DNA of 64,000 nt from Candidatus Poribacteria bacterium (GTDB taxonomy: Bacteria > Poribacteria > WGA-4E > WGA-3G): contig OZ219750.1 of assembly GCA_964291315.2 (NCBI GenBank), forward strand, positions 352,001-416,000. The letters are read 5' to 3'. The position numbers were made by a program, and so were the translations under genes. This document shows, piece by piece, positions 20,649 through 30,794 of the stretch (its first letter is position 1; each line of letters begins with the position of its first letter). The notes beneath the pieces were generated by a model. The model saw nothing but the letters and a program-made list of their open reading frames with translations, was not told the origin of the DNA and searched no databases.

Positions 20649-21428
20649 ATGCTTTCAGAGCAGCAACTCACACAATTTGAAGAGCAAGGTTATCTACTAC
20701 TTTCTGGTTTGATTTCACAAGAGGTCGTTGAAAAAGCAGAAGCCGCGATATGGCACCTGATGGGCATGGATGCGGATAATTCGAATTCGTGGAAACACTT
20801 CAAACCTCCTCCGCTTGCGGGGTTTTACATGGAGCAGATGTCAAATGGAAACCGCCTTGAACTGTTCGGCGTTACCCATCCAGATGTCTTAGGGTGTTGT
20901 ACTCGTGACTACCTTACCGTTCTGAAGCAACTTGCTTCCGAATATCCAGAAATTCCACACTGTGAAAGTGAGCAGCCAGACGGGGTTTGGGCGCTCAATC
21001 AGTTTCCTGTTTCAGGCGAGTGGGAAACCCCGTCTCCGCACTTAGATGGCGATTTTCGAGATTTTCGATTGGAGCCCGGGACGTTCCGGGCAACCAGTTT
21101 GACCTACCTCACCGATGCGAAATCGCACGGTGGCACGACCGTAATATGGCCCGAGGGACCGCAACGGATTCGTGAATTTCGGGAGAAAAACCCAGAATTT
21201 TCCAACCATGTCCGTGATGTACGCGCGCTATTTCCAGAAATAGATTTGGGTGAACCGATAGAGGTTGTTGCGAAACAGGGGGATACGCTATTTTTCCACC
21301 ATCTACTGCCACATTCTGGGGCGGTAAATGTCGGAAATTCCGCGCGCTTCGCAATTCGGTTCATGTGCTTGTGTCTTGCCTGCCGCAAATGGGCCAAGAA
21401 AGGAGAGTGGAATATCTGGATGCCGTGA
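20649..21428 (+). CDS. phytanoyl-CoA dioxygenase (PhyH) family Fe/2OG oxygenase
   Basis: LSEQQLTQFEEQGYL start, HxD (HLD), GGT, GDTLFFHHLLPHSG..N. Confidence 0.88.
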   Translation: MLSEQQLTQFEEQGYLLLSGLISQEVVEKAEAAIWHLMGMDADNSNSWKHFKPPPLAGFYMEQMSNGNRLELFGVTHPDVLGCCTRDYLTVLKQLASEYPEIPHCESEQPDGVWALNQFPVSGEWETPSPHLDGDFRDFRLEPGTFRATSLTYLTDAKSHGGTTVIWPEGPQRIREFREKNPEFSNHVRDVRALFPEIDLGEPIEVVAKQGDTLFFHHLLPHSGAVNVGNSARFAIRFMCLCLACRKWAKKGEWNIWMP

Positions 21429-21453
21429 TCCACGTTTGATAAGGGAGTAAAAG

Positions 21454-22203
21454 ATGGCTCAGGATAAACAGATGACCTTTTGTAGATATTTCCTATTAAT
21501 GCTCGTTGTCGTTTTGAACTTTGTGATTGTGAGCGCTACAGTCGCGCAAGAAGTCTATATCCAAACAGGATTTGAAGAATTCGCTGTTGGTGTCCCACCT
21601 AAAGACTGGCAAACAACCGGGGGGGACTTTGAAGTTACTAAAGACACTGTCAAAACCGACGAACAAGCACTCGCTATCTTGGGCGGTGCGGATGGCGATG
21701 GGCTCGGTTTGCCTGTAGAAACCGATAATCCGATTCTCTCTGTCGAATTTTGGATTTATGTTGAAAGTGGCGGACGCTCTTTGAATGTCAAAGTTGCTTC
21801 TGCTGACAATATCGCTGAAAACAGTGGGGGCCCTTATATCAATTGGGATGCAGAGATGGTTCGTTTCTACGACGGTGCTGCCTGGCAACCTATTGCGGAC
21901 TTTGAGGCTGATACATGGAAGTACGTTCGTATCGTCGCTGATTTCGATAAGAGTGAATTCGGATTCACTTCAGGCGATAACAGAAACGATGCCTTGAATG
22001 CTAGAGCTGAAGACGGACTTGCTTTTCGGAATCCTGCACTCGCTCCTACTGCTAAATGGGTCGTCTTCTATCTGTGGGGCATGGCATCTCCAGCTTACGT
22101 TGATGATTTACTCGTTTATCAGGGCGCAGATCCGCTCGATCTTGCCGTTGATCCGAGTCAAAAACTGACCACATTTTGGAGCCAGGTTAAGCGAGAATTG
22201 TAA
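21454..22203 (+). CDS. secreted beta-sandwich protein with conserved C-terminal tail
   Basis: Signal peptide (TVA|QE), GFEE..., YVDDL; ends LAVDPSQKLTTFWSQVKREL. Confidence 0.8.
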   Translation: MAQDKQMTFCRYFLLMLVVVLNFVIVSATVAQEVYIQTGFEEFAVGVPPKDWQTTGGDFEVTKDTVKTDEQALAILGGADGDGLGLPVETDNPILSVEFWIYVESGGRSLNVKVASADNIAENSGGPYINWDAEMVRFYDGAAWQPIADFEADTWKYVRIVADFDKSEFGFTSGDNRNDALNARAEDGLAFRNPALAPTAKWVVFYLWGMASPAYVDDLLVYQGADPLDLAVDPSQKLTTFWSQVKREL

Positions 22204-22564
22204 GTGTGATCTCTTAATCTTGACGGTAAAAAATGAAAGACAGTGAGGCAATTTGCCTGATGCCTGTACAACGGTTACGTTTTGATGACCTCTGCGATTT
22301 TGTATTGTTAGAGGGCGTTCTCACGGCGGCGAAATTGAACGCATGAAAAGCTCACTCTACAAAATGATGTCTTTGGAATTTAATTTTCTGTCTATTGTCA
22401 AAATAGGATAGCACGTATCAGGTTTTGCCGCGAAGTCAAGCGTACCTAATGTCTTTGTACCTTTTTTGTTGATTTGACATACTGTCTCCGCCTTGTCGAC
22501 CTACCATTTCGCTGTTTTAGGGTAAAGAAAAGATCGCTCTGTCTTTACCGCGGATACATGCCAT

Positions 22565-24076
22565 TTATGCCCCGGCAGTTCGCGGCATCCATAAAGGTTC
22601 TTTCCCCATTTCCGCGAAGAGCAGCTTCGTCGTTAAATCTGCTTTCAGCTCGGCGTGTTCATTGGAATTCCATAGGTTATGGATTTCTCCAGGATCCGCT
22701 TTTAGATCAAATAATTCACCATATGCTTGGTTGTAATAGACGGTCAGTTTATAACGGGCGTCAACGTAGGTTTTGACGTGTACTGTTGTCGGTTCATGAC
22801 GGTTTTCAACAGTGATATGGTCGCGGGCCTGTTCTTCTTGTCCGTACCAGACCGGAGTCTGATCCACGCCGGTCATCGGGCGTGGAATGTCAATACCGGT
22901 GGCGCTGAGGAACGAGGGGGCTAAGTCGACCAAGGTTTGCAACGCTTCTGATTGTCGCCCGGCAGGCACAACTCCCGGATACCGTACGATAAACGGAACA
23001 CGGATGACATCTTCGTAGTGAAAGGCTCCTTTGGCTACGAGTCCATGCTGTCCATAAAAGTGTCCGTGGTCGGAAGTGAACACTACGAGCGTGTTGTCTG
23101 CTAGTCCAAGCTGGTCTAGTTTTGCCAAGATTTTTCCGATATATTTATCCATGAGACTCACCATTCCGTAATAGATGGCAATATCTTTGGCGAGTTCATC
23201 TCGATCGCGTAGATGTGAGTTGAATCCGTGGATCCCTTGTCCACTTTCTCGCCAAGCGGAGAAATCAGGTTTTTCTTGCTGTGTTAGTTGAAAATGCGGT
23301 GGGTTATTAGCATGTTCCCCTCTTGTCACAGAAGGCACCGTCAATTCTGTTGGGTTGTACATGGTGTCCCACGGTTCTGGCACGAGGTACTTCGGATGCG
23401 GATCGAAGAAACTTGCCCAGAGAAAAAAGTTTTCACCGTTCTGCTGGTATGTTTCCATGAGGGCGTTGGTGCGTTCAGCGATCCATGTGTCGTAATGGTA
23501 TTCCTCCGGAATAAGCCACTTCCGAAATTGCCCACGCGCGTTCCCCGTTGGTGGTGCAAAATAATCACGCCAATTAGTCAAGTTGTTTTCTTCCATCCAG
23601 ATGGCATAATGCTGTCCAACATGGGCCTCATCGGCATGATTACGCGCAAGTTCGACGTGTTCAAACCCGTAAAATGGTTCATTGAAACTTCGCCAGAAGT
23701 CCAAATCTTGGAGGATAGGATAGGATTCAAGAGATGGAAATTCCTCAGTGCCATGAAGCGGTTGAAAATGTGCTTTTCCGACGAGGGCGGTACGGTAACC
23801 CGCATTTGTCAAATCTTCACCGACGGTATGTTCGTCTTCAGAGAGTTTTGTTCCCAGGGACCAAGCCCCATGTTGGCTCGGATACTTCCCGGTGATGATT
23901 GACGCGCGTGTCGGAGTGCAGGTAGGATTAGGGCAATAGGCTCTATTGAAGAGCATGCCTTGATCTGCCAATGCGTCGAGATGCGGAGTCTGAAGTTCCG
24001 AGTTGAGGCACCCCAAGGTGTTCCAATGCTGCTGGTCGCTGGTAATAAGTAAGATATTAGGTCTGCTTCTAGTCAT
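22565..24076 (-). CDS. sulfatase (Cys-type)
   Basis: PNILLITSDQ, CTPTRASIITG formylglycine motif, GKAH, FTSDHG. Confidence 0.95.
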   Translation of the reverse strand: MTRSRPNILLITSDQQHWNTLGCLNSELQTPHLDALADQGMLFNRAYCPNPTCTPTRASIITGKYPSQHGAWSLGTKLSEDEHTVGEDLTNAGYRTALVGKAHFQPLHGTEEFPSLESYPILQDLDFWRSFNEPFYGFEHVELARNHADEAHVGQHYAIWMEENNLTNWRDYFAPPTGNARGQFRKWLIPEEYHYDTWIAERTNALMETYQQNGENFFLWASFFDPHPKYLVPEPWDTMYNPTELTVPSVTRGEHANNPPHFQLTQQEKPDFSAWRESGQGIHGFNSHLRDRDELAKDIAIYYGMVSLMDKYIGKILAKLDQLGLADNTLVVFTSDHGHFYGQHGLVAKGAFHYEDVIRVPFIVRYPGVVPAGRQSEALQTLVDLAPSFLSATGIDIPRPMTGVDQTPVWYGQEEQARDHITVENRHEPTTVHVKTYVDARYKLTVYYNQAYGELFDLKADPGEIHNLWNSNEHAELKADLTTKLLFAEMGKEPLWMPRTAGA

Positions 24077-24424
24077 AATTTCCCCGTAGTTTGCAAGCGG
24101 GAGCTTCCTCTACAAAAAGCCTTCGTGTTGTATTTGTTGATAACGTCAGCATAGCAGTTTACGCGGAATAATTCAAGAAGAATCTTGGAGATGCAATTTC
24201 CTGATTGCTCGTTTATGTGGTCATTATACATGGATCTTTTTGAAAGGCTTACTTGTTGTTGTTACTTTTTCTGGAAAGGAAGACTAGGATAGGGTTTTAT
24301 CAGTCGAAGGGTGCTGGGAGCTTCCAAATCAGAACGCAGTCGAGGTTACCAATGATCTCTTCAGTCTCATCAATAGACCGTCCTTCTGAAATTTTAAAGC
24401 AGGGAATCGCAGTGTTAAAAGACG

Positions 24425-24454
24425 CTGGGGGTGAAACATACGTTCCGCCCCCAG
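24425..24454 (-). terminator. intrinsic terminator-like hairpin after LTD gene copy 2
   Basis: Minus strand CTGGGGGCGGAAC-GTAT-GTTTCACCCCCAG followed by CGTCTTTT. Confidence 0.6.
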
Positions 24455-24505
24455 AATTCAGTTGATTAGTAAGTTTCTTTTCTTTCTGTTTAACCACTGT
24501 GTCTG

Positions 24506-27310
24506 CTATTTATCAGCCGATTTGAGCTTACCCCACCGCGTTGTGAGTTTACCGCTTGCAGAGACCTCTCCCCGCAGATGCGTTGTCTGTAAAGTGGTGC
24601 GCACCCCGTCCATAGAGACATCTTCTATTTGATAGTAATAGATGGCATTCGGCTTCGCAGTGGTATCTGTGTAGGTATAGACGTGCTTCTCGGATGTCGT
24701 GCCGTGCCCCGCAATCAGACCTTTGGTGTTGATAACCGAAAAGTCTCCTGTCTTGCTCTCACTGCGTAGGATATTGAACCCTGCGTTATTGAGTTCGGAC
24801 TGTGTTATCCAGGTAATCTCAACGTGTCCTGTTGTGGTGTTGCGCACCGGGCGGAAACTCGAGAGCGAAACGGGTAGCGGTCCGCCGAGGCGGTAGCCGG
24901 GTGTGCCGACATCGTTGCGATGCCCGTAGAAGGTCAGCGCGTTCCCCATAAGGTCAGACTGCCGCCAAGAGGCTTCCATGAGCCCGGGATCCGCATCATG
25001 CGGTCCGGCGCCCATTGCCTTCTTGTTCATGTCGTTGAAGACCCCGCCATAGGTTCGCACAATAGATGTGCGCACCTCACCGCGTTCGGGCAGCTTCCAC
25101 GCTTGCATGCGCGTAGCGCCCTCTATCTCAACATTGCCGGCTTCGTCCACAATCGTCATCCCCGACTCCCCGGCTTCGTTGACTTTTGCCCGCAGCTCCA
25201 GATGAAAACCCTCCGCACTCAGCAACCGGCGCCCGCGCGTCGTCAATCCGAGATCGCTCTGGTGTTTTTCTTGTAGGTTGTAGACGTAGTTATCTGCCAC
25301 ATCGCTGGCACCGCTACCGGAGACCAGCAGCAATGTCTGATTCGGCGGGATATACGTTCCTGCGTCAAACGTGAGCGCTGCATCCACATACGCCTCTATG
25401 CTTGTGTCCTCGTTGCGGATTTCGAGTTCCCAGCCCTCAAGGTTTATGGTTTCAGTCATAGAGCTGTTGTAGAGTTCTATCCACTGCGCCAAGTTCCAGC
25501 GTGGCCCTGCGTCATACATAATCTCGCTGATACTGACCTTCCCGTCGAAGGCGTAGTCGTCAGCAGTGGATGCGGTATCTTTATCATCAGCGATTGTATT
25601 CACAGCCGTGTTGGGGTACCCCGGCGTGCCAGGGGAAGCGACTGTGTCAACGGATTTAGCGAGCCCGCGGTCGTAGCCGGCCCCCATGAACCCGAAGGTC
25701 TTCCAATCGTTTTTGTGAACGCGGTTCGCTTGTGACTTTGCCCAATACTTGCCTTGTGCGTTCAAGGCGACATCCCGCCCGAACGACATGGTTCGCGAGG
25801 CGAAAGTATTCGTACCGCCGAAGTCGTTATCATCAACGTCTCCCGGCTTCGTCCATCCCACGAACGGCCAGACATATGTATTGAACTTATTGTCTTCCAC
25901 TCGCTTGAAGAACCCGTTGCCGGCATAATCTTTGATATTTGTCGGCTTGCCAACGTCATCGGCGCTATCGCGCGTGCGCAGCAGGATCAGGAACTTCCCT
26001 TCAGCAGGTAGGTTCAGGTTCTTAGCGACCACATACTTGTGGGAGGCCCCTTTGTTGATGTCGGTTTTGTCCAAGAGGTCCTGGACGTTTTTACCCACAG
26101 CGAGGTCAACGTTCCTCTGGGGGTCTCGGTTATAGACGACGAGATACTCGCCGGGATTCATCTGATATTCAGGCAGCACGGCGAGGCTGGTGTCCGTGAA
26201 GTTGGCATCGCCTGACTCGTGATAACCGCTGCCGTCGTCCTTCATCTTGCCCATGACGAGGCTCAGCTCATAGTTCTTTATATTCACAGCGGCATCCGAG
26301 GCATTCTCGCTATTATAGAAGAGCTCTATCCAATCCAAGTTCGCACTTGACGTATCGTTGCGTACTTCGTTGATGATGATACCGGTAGGAGAGATAGAGG
26401 CAGGGTTCATAGCAAACCCTACTCCCGGCCCGCCAGGACCAGCCGAGTGAACAGCCCCCGGACTCCCTTTGTAATTGCCCTGGCCGTAATTATGCCGATA
26501 CTTAGAGGCTTCCCAGGAGGCTTCTGCGCTGCCGTCCCCGAGTCCCTTCAGTTTTCCGCCTTCGACTTTATATGCCTTGCCTGTGGCATCCAGCTCGATC
26601 TTCCGGTACATGGAGACCATATCCGTGGGAGCCGCACCTGTATCCGCGTCCCCGTCGGTATCACCGTCTGCCCCTTTCAGTTCCCATGCTTTGCCAAAAC
26701 GATCGATCGTGGCCACACGATCCATAACGACATACTTGCGTGCATCGGTATTCTCATTATCATCATCGTCCCACATAAACGTCTTACCCGGTTCGGGGAC
26801 AACGGCGGGATCCAACTGGCTATGGGTGCGATGCCTGATATAATCACTGACTTTCAAAGCACCGGTGTTATAGAGTTCAAGCCATTGGGCACTTGTTCTG
26901 TGCGGGGAATCCGTTCCCCAATTTACCTCGGTGATGATGACGCGGTGCTTCAGTGCCTTCAGATCGGCATCTGACGCGTCGGCTTTTAGGGTATAGTTGG
27001 CGGCGTTTTCGCCAATTTCGGTTGCTGTCGGCACGCGCATTGAAATTGTGATAGCACCGCCGCGCGTCAGTAACGCCTTCAGGTCCGCTAAATTAGTGTC
27101 AAGCTTCGCGTACACAGAGTTACTTATGAAAATATCCTCTTTCTCGAAAGACTTCATAATGAGCTCAAAACCTTTGTCTTTCTTGAGTTGAGTCCAAATA
27201 TAAAAGTCGTTGCTCTGACTGGCCAGACCGGACACAGCAAAAGCTTGTGTGGTTGCAAAGATAAAGGTGAGTCCTAAGACTACAAAAATCCTGATTTTAT
27301 CCCATAACAT
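24506..27310 (-). CDS. secreted multi-lamin-tail-domain (LTD) surface protein, promoter-distal copy
   Basis: Signal peptide; three LTD-like units (IITEV..QWLELYN; IINEV..DWIELF; ISEIMY..QWIELYN), SPGTPG, PLPVSLSSF Ig-like domain, tail GKLTTRWGKLK. Confidence 0.88.
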   Translation of the reverse strand: MLWDKIRIFVVLGLTFIFATTQAFAVSGLASQSNDFYIWTQLKKDKGFELIMKSFEKEDIFISNSVYAKLDTNLADLKALLTRGGAITISMRVPTATEIGENAANYTLKADASDADLKALKHRVIITEVNWGTDSPHRTSAQWLELYNTGALKVSDYIRHRTHSQLDPAVVPEPGKTFMWDDDDNENTDARKYVVMDRVATIDRFGKAWELKGADGDTDGDADTGAAPTDMVSMYRKIELDATGKAYKVEGGKLKGLGDGSAEASWEASKYRHNYGQGNYKGSPGAVHSAGPGGPGVGFAMNPASISPTGIIINEVRNDTSSANLDWIELFYNSENASDAAVNIKNYELSLVMGKMKDDGSGYHESGDANFTDTSLAVLPEYQMNPGEYLVVYNRDPQRNVDLAVGKNVQDLLDKTDINKGASHKYVVAKNLNLPAEGKFLILLRTRDSADDVGKPTNIKDYAGNGFFKRVEDNKFNTYVWPFVGWTKPGDVDDNDFGGTNTFASRTMSFGRDVALNAQGKYWAKSQANRVHKNDWKTFGFMGAGYDRGLAKSVDTVASPGTPGYPNTAVNTIADDKDTASTADDYAFDGKVSISEIMYDAGPRWNLAQWIELYNSSMTETINLEGWELEIRNEDTSIEAYVDAALTFDAGTYIPPNQTLLLVSGSGASDVADNYVYNLQEKHQSDLGLTTRGRRLLSAEGFHLELRAKVNEAGESGMTIVDEAGNVEIEGATRMQAWKLPERGEVRTSIVRTYGGVFNDMNKKAMGAGPHDADPGLMEASWRQSDLMGNALTFYGHRNDVGTPGYRLGGPLPVSLSSFRPVRNTTTGHVEITWITQSELNNAGFNILRSESKTGDFSVINTKGLIAGHGTTSEKHVYTYTDTTAKPNAIYYYQIEDVSMDGVRTTLQTTHLRGEVSASGKLTTRWGKLKSADK

Positions 27311-27441
27311 TACGTTCGTTCTCCTCTATTATATTGACTAATGTTAAGTGTTAAAAGACGCTGGCGGTGAAACATACGTTCCGTCCCCAGAATTCAGTTG
27401 ATTAGTAAGTTTCTTTTCTTTCTGTTTAACCACTGTGTCTG

Positions 27442-30321
27442 CTATTTATCAGCCGATTTGAGCTCACCCCACCGCGTAGTGAGTTTACCGCTTGCAGAGA
27501 CCTCTCCCCGCAGATGCGTCGTCTGTAAAGTGGTGCGCACCCCGTCCATAGAGATGTCTTCTATCTGATAGTAATAGATGGCATTCGGCTTCGCAGTGGT
27601 ATCTGTGTAGGTATAGACGTGCTTCTCGGATGTCGTGCCGTGCCCCGCAATCAGACCTTTGGTGTTGATAACCGAAAAGTCTCCTGTCTTGCTCTCACTG
27701 CGTAGGATATTGAACCCTGCGTTATTGAGTTCAGACTGTGTTATCCAGGTAATCTCAACGTGTCCTGTTGTGGTGTTGCGCACAGGCCGGAAGCTTGAGA
27801 GCGAAACGGGTAGCGGACCGCCGAGGCGGTAGCCGGGTGTGCCGACATCGTTGCGATGCCCGTAGAAGGTCAGCGCGGTCCCCATAAGGTCAGACTGTCG
27901 CCAAGAGGCTTCCATGAGCCCGGGATCCGCATCATGCGGTCCGGCGCCCATTGCCTTCTTGTTCATGTCGTTGAAGACCCCGCCATAGGTTCGCATAATA
28001 GATGTGCGCACCTCACCGCGTTCGGGCAGCTTCCACGCTTGCGTGCGTGTAGCGCCTTCTATCTCAACATTGCCGGCTTCGTCCACAATCGTCATCCCCG
28101 ACTCCCCGGCTTCGTTGACTTTTGCCCGCAGCTCCAGATGAAAACCCTCCGCACTCAGCAACCGGCGCCCGCGCGTCGTCAATCCGAGATCGCTCTGGTG
28201 TTTTTCTTGTAGGTTGTAGACGTAGTTATCTGCCACATCGCTGGCACCGCTACCGGAGACCAGCAGCAGCGTCTGATTCGGCGGGATATACGTTCCTGCG
28301 TCAAACGTGAGCGCTGCATCCACATACGCCTCTATGCTTGTGTCCTCGTTGCGGATTTCGAGTTCCCAGCCCTCAAGGTTTATGGTTTCAGTCATAGAGC
28401 TGTTGTAGAGTTCTATCCACTGCGCCAAGTTCCAGCGTGGCCCTGCGTCATACATAATCTCGCTGATACTGACCTTCCCGTCGAAGGCGTAGTCGTCAGC
28501 AGTGGATGCGGTATCTTTATCATCAGCGATTGTATTCACAGCCGTGTTGGGGTACCCCGGCGTGCCAGGGGAAGCGACTGTGTCAACGGATTTAGCGAGC
28601 CCGCGGTCGTAGCCGGCCCCCATGAACCCGAAGGTCTTCCAATCGTTTTTGTGAACGCGGTTCGCTTGTGACTTTGCCCAATACTTGCCTTGTGCGTTCA
28701 AGGCGACATCCCGTCCGAACGACATGGTTCGCGAGGCGAAAGTATTCGTACCGCCGAAGTCGTTATCATCAACGTCTCCCGGCTTCGTCCATCCCACGAA
28801 CGGCCAGACATATGTATTGAACTTATTGTCTTCCAGTCGCCTGAAGAACCCGTTGCCGGCGTAATCTTTGATATTTGTCGGCTTGCCAACGTCATCGGCG
28901 CTATCGCGCGTGCGCAGCAGGATCAGGAACTTCCCTTCAGCAGGTAGGTTCAGGTTCTTAGCGACCACATACTTGTGGGAGGCCCCTTTGTTGATGTCGG
29001 TTTTGTCCAAGAGGTCCTGGACGTTTTTGCCCATAGCGAGGTCAACGGTTGTCCGAGGGTCTCGGTTATAGACGACGAGATACTCGCCGGGATTCATTTG
29101 ATATTCAGGCAGCACGGCGAGGCTGGTGTCCGTGAAGTTGGCATCGCCCGACTCGTGATAACCGCTGCCGTCGTCCTTCATCTTGCCCCTGACGAGGCTC
29201 AGCTCATAGTTCTTTATATTCACGGCGGCATCCGAGGCATTATCGCTATTGTAGAAGAGCTCTATCCAATCCAAGTTCGCACTTGACGTATCGTTGCGTA
29301 CTTCGTTGATGATGATACCGGTAGGCGAGATAGAGGCAGGGTTCATAGCAAACCCTACTCCCGGCCCACCAGGACCAGTCGAGTGAACACCCCCCGGACT
29401 CCCTTTGTAATTGCCCGCGTGGTACTTATGCCGATACTTAGAGGCTTCCCAGGAGCTTTCTGCGCTGCCTTCCCCGAGTCCCTTCAGTTTTCCGTTTTCA
29501 TAGGCATACGCCTTGCCTGTGGCATCCAGCTCGATCTTCCGATACATAGAGGTCATGGCATTGTCAGGATCATTTGTATCCCTATCGGTAGGTCGATCAA
29601 TGGCAGTGGTAGAGGGATCAGCATCGGGCTCACCATCGGCGGTATCACCATCTGCCCCTTTCAGTTCCCAGTGCTTGCCAAAACGATCGATCGTCGCGAC
29701 ACGATCCAAAACAACAAACTTGCGGTCAGGTGTGTTCTCATTATTATCAGCGTCCCACATGAACGTCTTACCCGGTTCGGGGACAACGGCGGGGTCTAAA
29801 CTGGGATGTGTGCGCCACCTGATATAATCCTTGGATTTCAAAGTGCCTGCGTTATAGAGTTCAAACCATTGGGCACCGGTTCTGTGCGGGTAATCCGTTC
29901 CCCAATTCACCTCGGTGATGACGACGCGGTGCTTCATTGCCTTCAGATCGGCATCTGATGCGTCGGCTTTCAGGCTATGGTTGTCAGCTCCATCGGTGGT
30001 AATTTCGGCTGCTAGCGGCACTCGCATTGAGATTGTGATGGCACCGCCGCGCATCAGTAACGCCTTCAGGTCTGGCAAATCATCGATCTGCCGTCCCGTT
30101 ACACTGTTAAATAGACGTTCATTACTGGCAGGGGGCGAAGACTTACCGATAACAAGATTGATATGTTTCATAATGAGCGAAAAGCCTTTGGCTTTCCTGA
30201 GGGTGGGCCAATATTGATAATCTAAGGGATTCGTAAATGAAGTGATACCGAAAGCTTGTGTGGTTGCAAAGACAAACATGAAGCCTAAGACCACAAAAAT
30301 TCTGATTTTATTCCATGACAT
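27442..30321 (-). CDS. secreted multi-lamin-tail-domain (LTD) surface protein, promoter-proximal copy
   Basis: Paralog of 24506..27310; near-identical C-terminal two thirds, divergent N-terminus. Confidence 0.88.
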   Translation of the reverse strand: MSWNKIRIFVVLGFMFVFATTQAFGITSFTNPLDYQYWPTLRKAKGFSLIMKHINLVIGKSSPPASNERLFNSVTGRQIDDLPDLKALLMRGGAITISMRVPLAAEITTDGADNHSLKADASDADLKAMKHRVVITEVNWGTDYPHRTGAQWFELYNAGTLKSKDYIRWRTHPSLDPAVVPEPGKTFMWDADNNENTPDRKFVVLDRVATIDRFGKHWELKGADGDTADGEPDADPSTTAIDRPTDRDTNDPDNAMTSMYRKIELDATGKAYAYENGKLKGLGEGSAESSWEASKYRHKYHAGNYKGSPGGVHSTGPGGPGVGFAMNPASISPTGIIINEVRNDTSSANLDWIELFYNSDNASDAAVNIKNYELSLVRGKMKDDGSGYHESGDANFTDTSLAVLPEYQMNPGEYLVVYNRDPRTTVDLAMGKNVQDLLDKTDINKGASHKYVVAKNLNLPAEGKFLILLRTRDSADDVGKPTNIKDYAGNGFFRRLEDNKFNTYVWPFVGWTKPGDVDDNDFGGTNTFASRTMSFGRDVALNAQGKYWAKSQANRVHKNDWKTFGFMGAGYDRGLAKSVDTVASPGTPGYPNTAVNTIADDKDTASTADDYAFDGKVSISEIMYDAGPRWNLAQWIELYNSSMTETINLEGWELEIRNEDTSIEAYVDAALTFDAGTYIPPNQTLLLVSGSGASDVADNYVYNLQEKHQSDLGLTTRGRRLLSAEGFHLELRAKVNEAGESGMTIVDEAGNVEIEGATRTQAWKLPERGEVRTSIMRTYGGVFNDMNKKAMGAGPHDADPGLMEASWRQSDLMGTALTFYGHRNDVGTPGYRLGGPLPVSLSSFRPVRNTTTGHVEITWITQSELNNAGFNILRSESKTGDFSVINTKGLIAGHGTTSEKHVYTYTDTTAKPNAIYYYQIEDISMDGVRTTLQTTHLRGEVSASGKLTTRWGELKSADK

Positions 30322-30571
30322 TACGTTCGTTCTCCTCTATTATATTAACTAAGGTGATTGATGGCAGCAGAAACTGCAGATCTATTATCTCTTACTTACA
30401 AGTCAAGTTTACGCTTGTGTTGATAACTGAGGCCGCCCAGAGACTCGTAGGTTTCCAATTTCGCGAAATCAGTATTAAAAAGTATCAAAAACCGTTGTTA
30501 TAGGCGTGAGTATCACGCCTGCTATCTTCCACATGCTGTTGGACTAAATGGAACAAACTGAATAAAATATA

Positions 30572-30600
30572 ATTATACTTTAAACCGCAGATCATGTCAA
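30572..30600 (-). promoter_or_regulatory. sigma-70 promoter TTGACA-N17-TATAAT
   Basis: Perfect consensus about 250 nt upstream of the LTD gene start at 30321. Confidence 0.85.
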
Positions 30601-30794
30601 GTCTTTTTTCTTTTTAACCAGAGTCACTCAATTGTCGTTTATATACTTTTCATGATGCTCGACACTGACGGGGATCCGCTATACCGTTAGTTGTAATTCT
30701 GAGGGCTAGTTAGCTTGAGGCACACCATCCAAGTTAGCGAAAATTCTACTACCACTTGGTCCTCTACATTGTAAATATTATCTTTTCCTAAAAT

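Larger units (their letters stand above)
24411..30352. repeat. tandem direct duplication; units ~24411-27346 and ~27347-30352
   Basis: Identical blocks at an offset of 2936 nt; the duplication includes the downstream flank and the upstream RBS region. Confidence 0.95.

Noticed and set aside
24411-30352. CRISPR array or IS-bounded composite element
   Set aside because: The repeats are whole-gene duplications; there are no short repeat-spacer units or transposase
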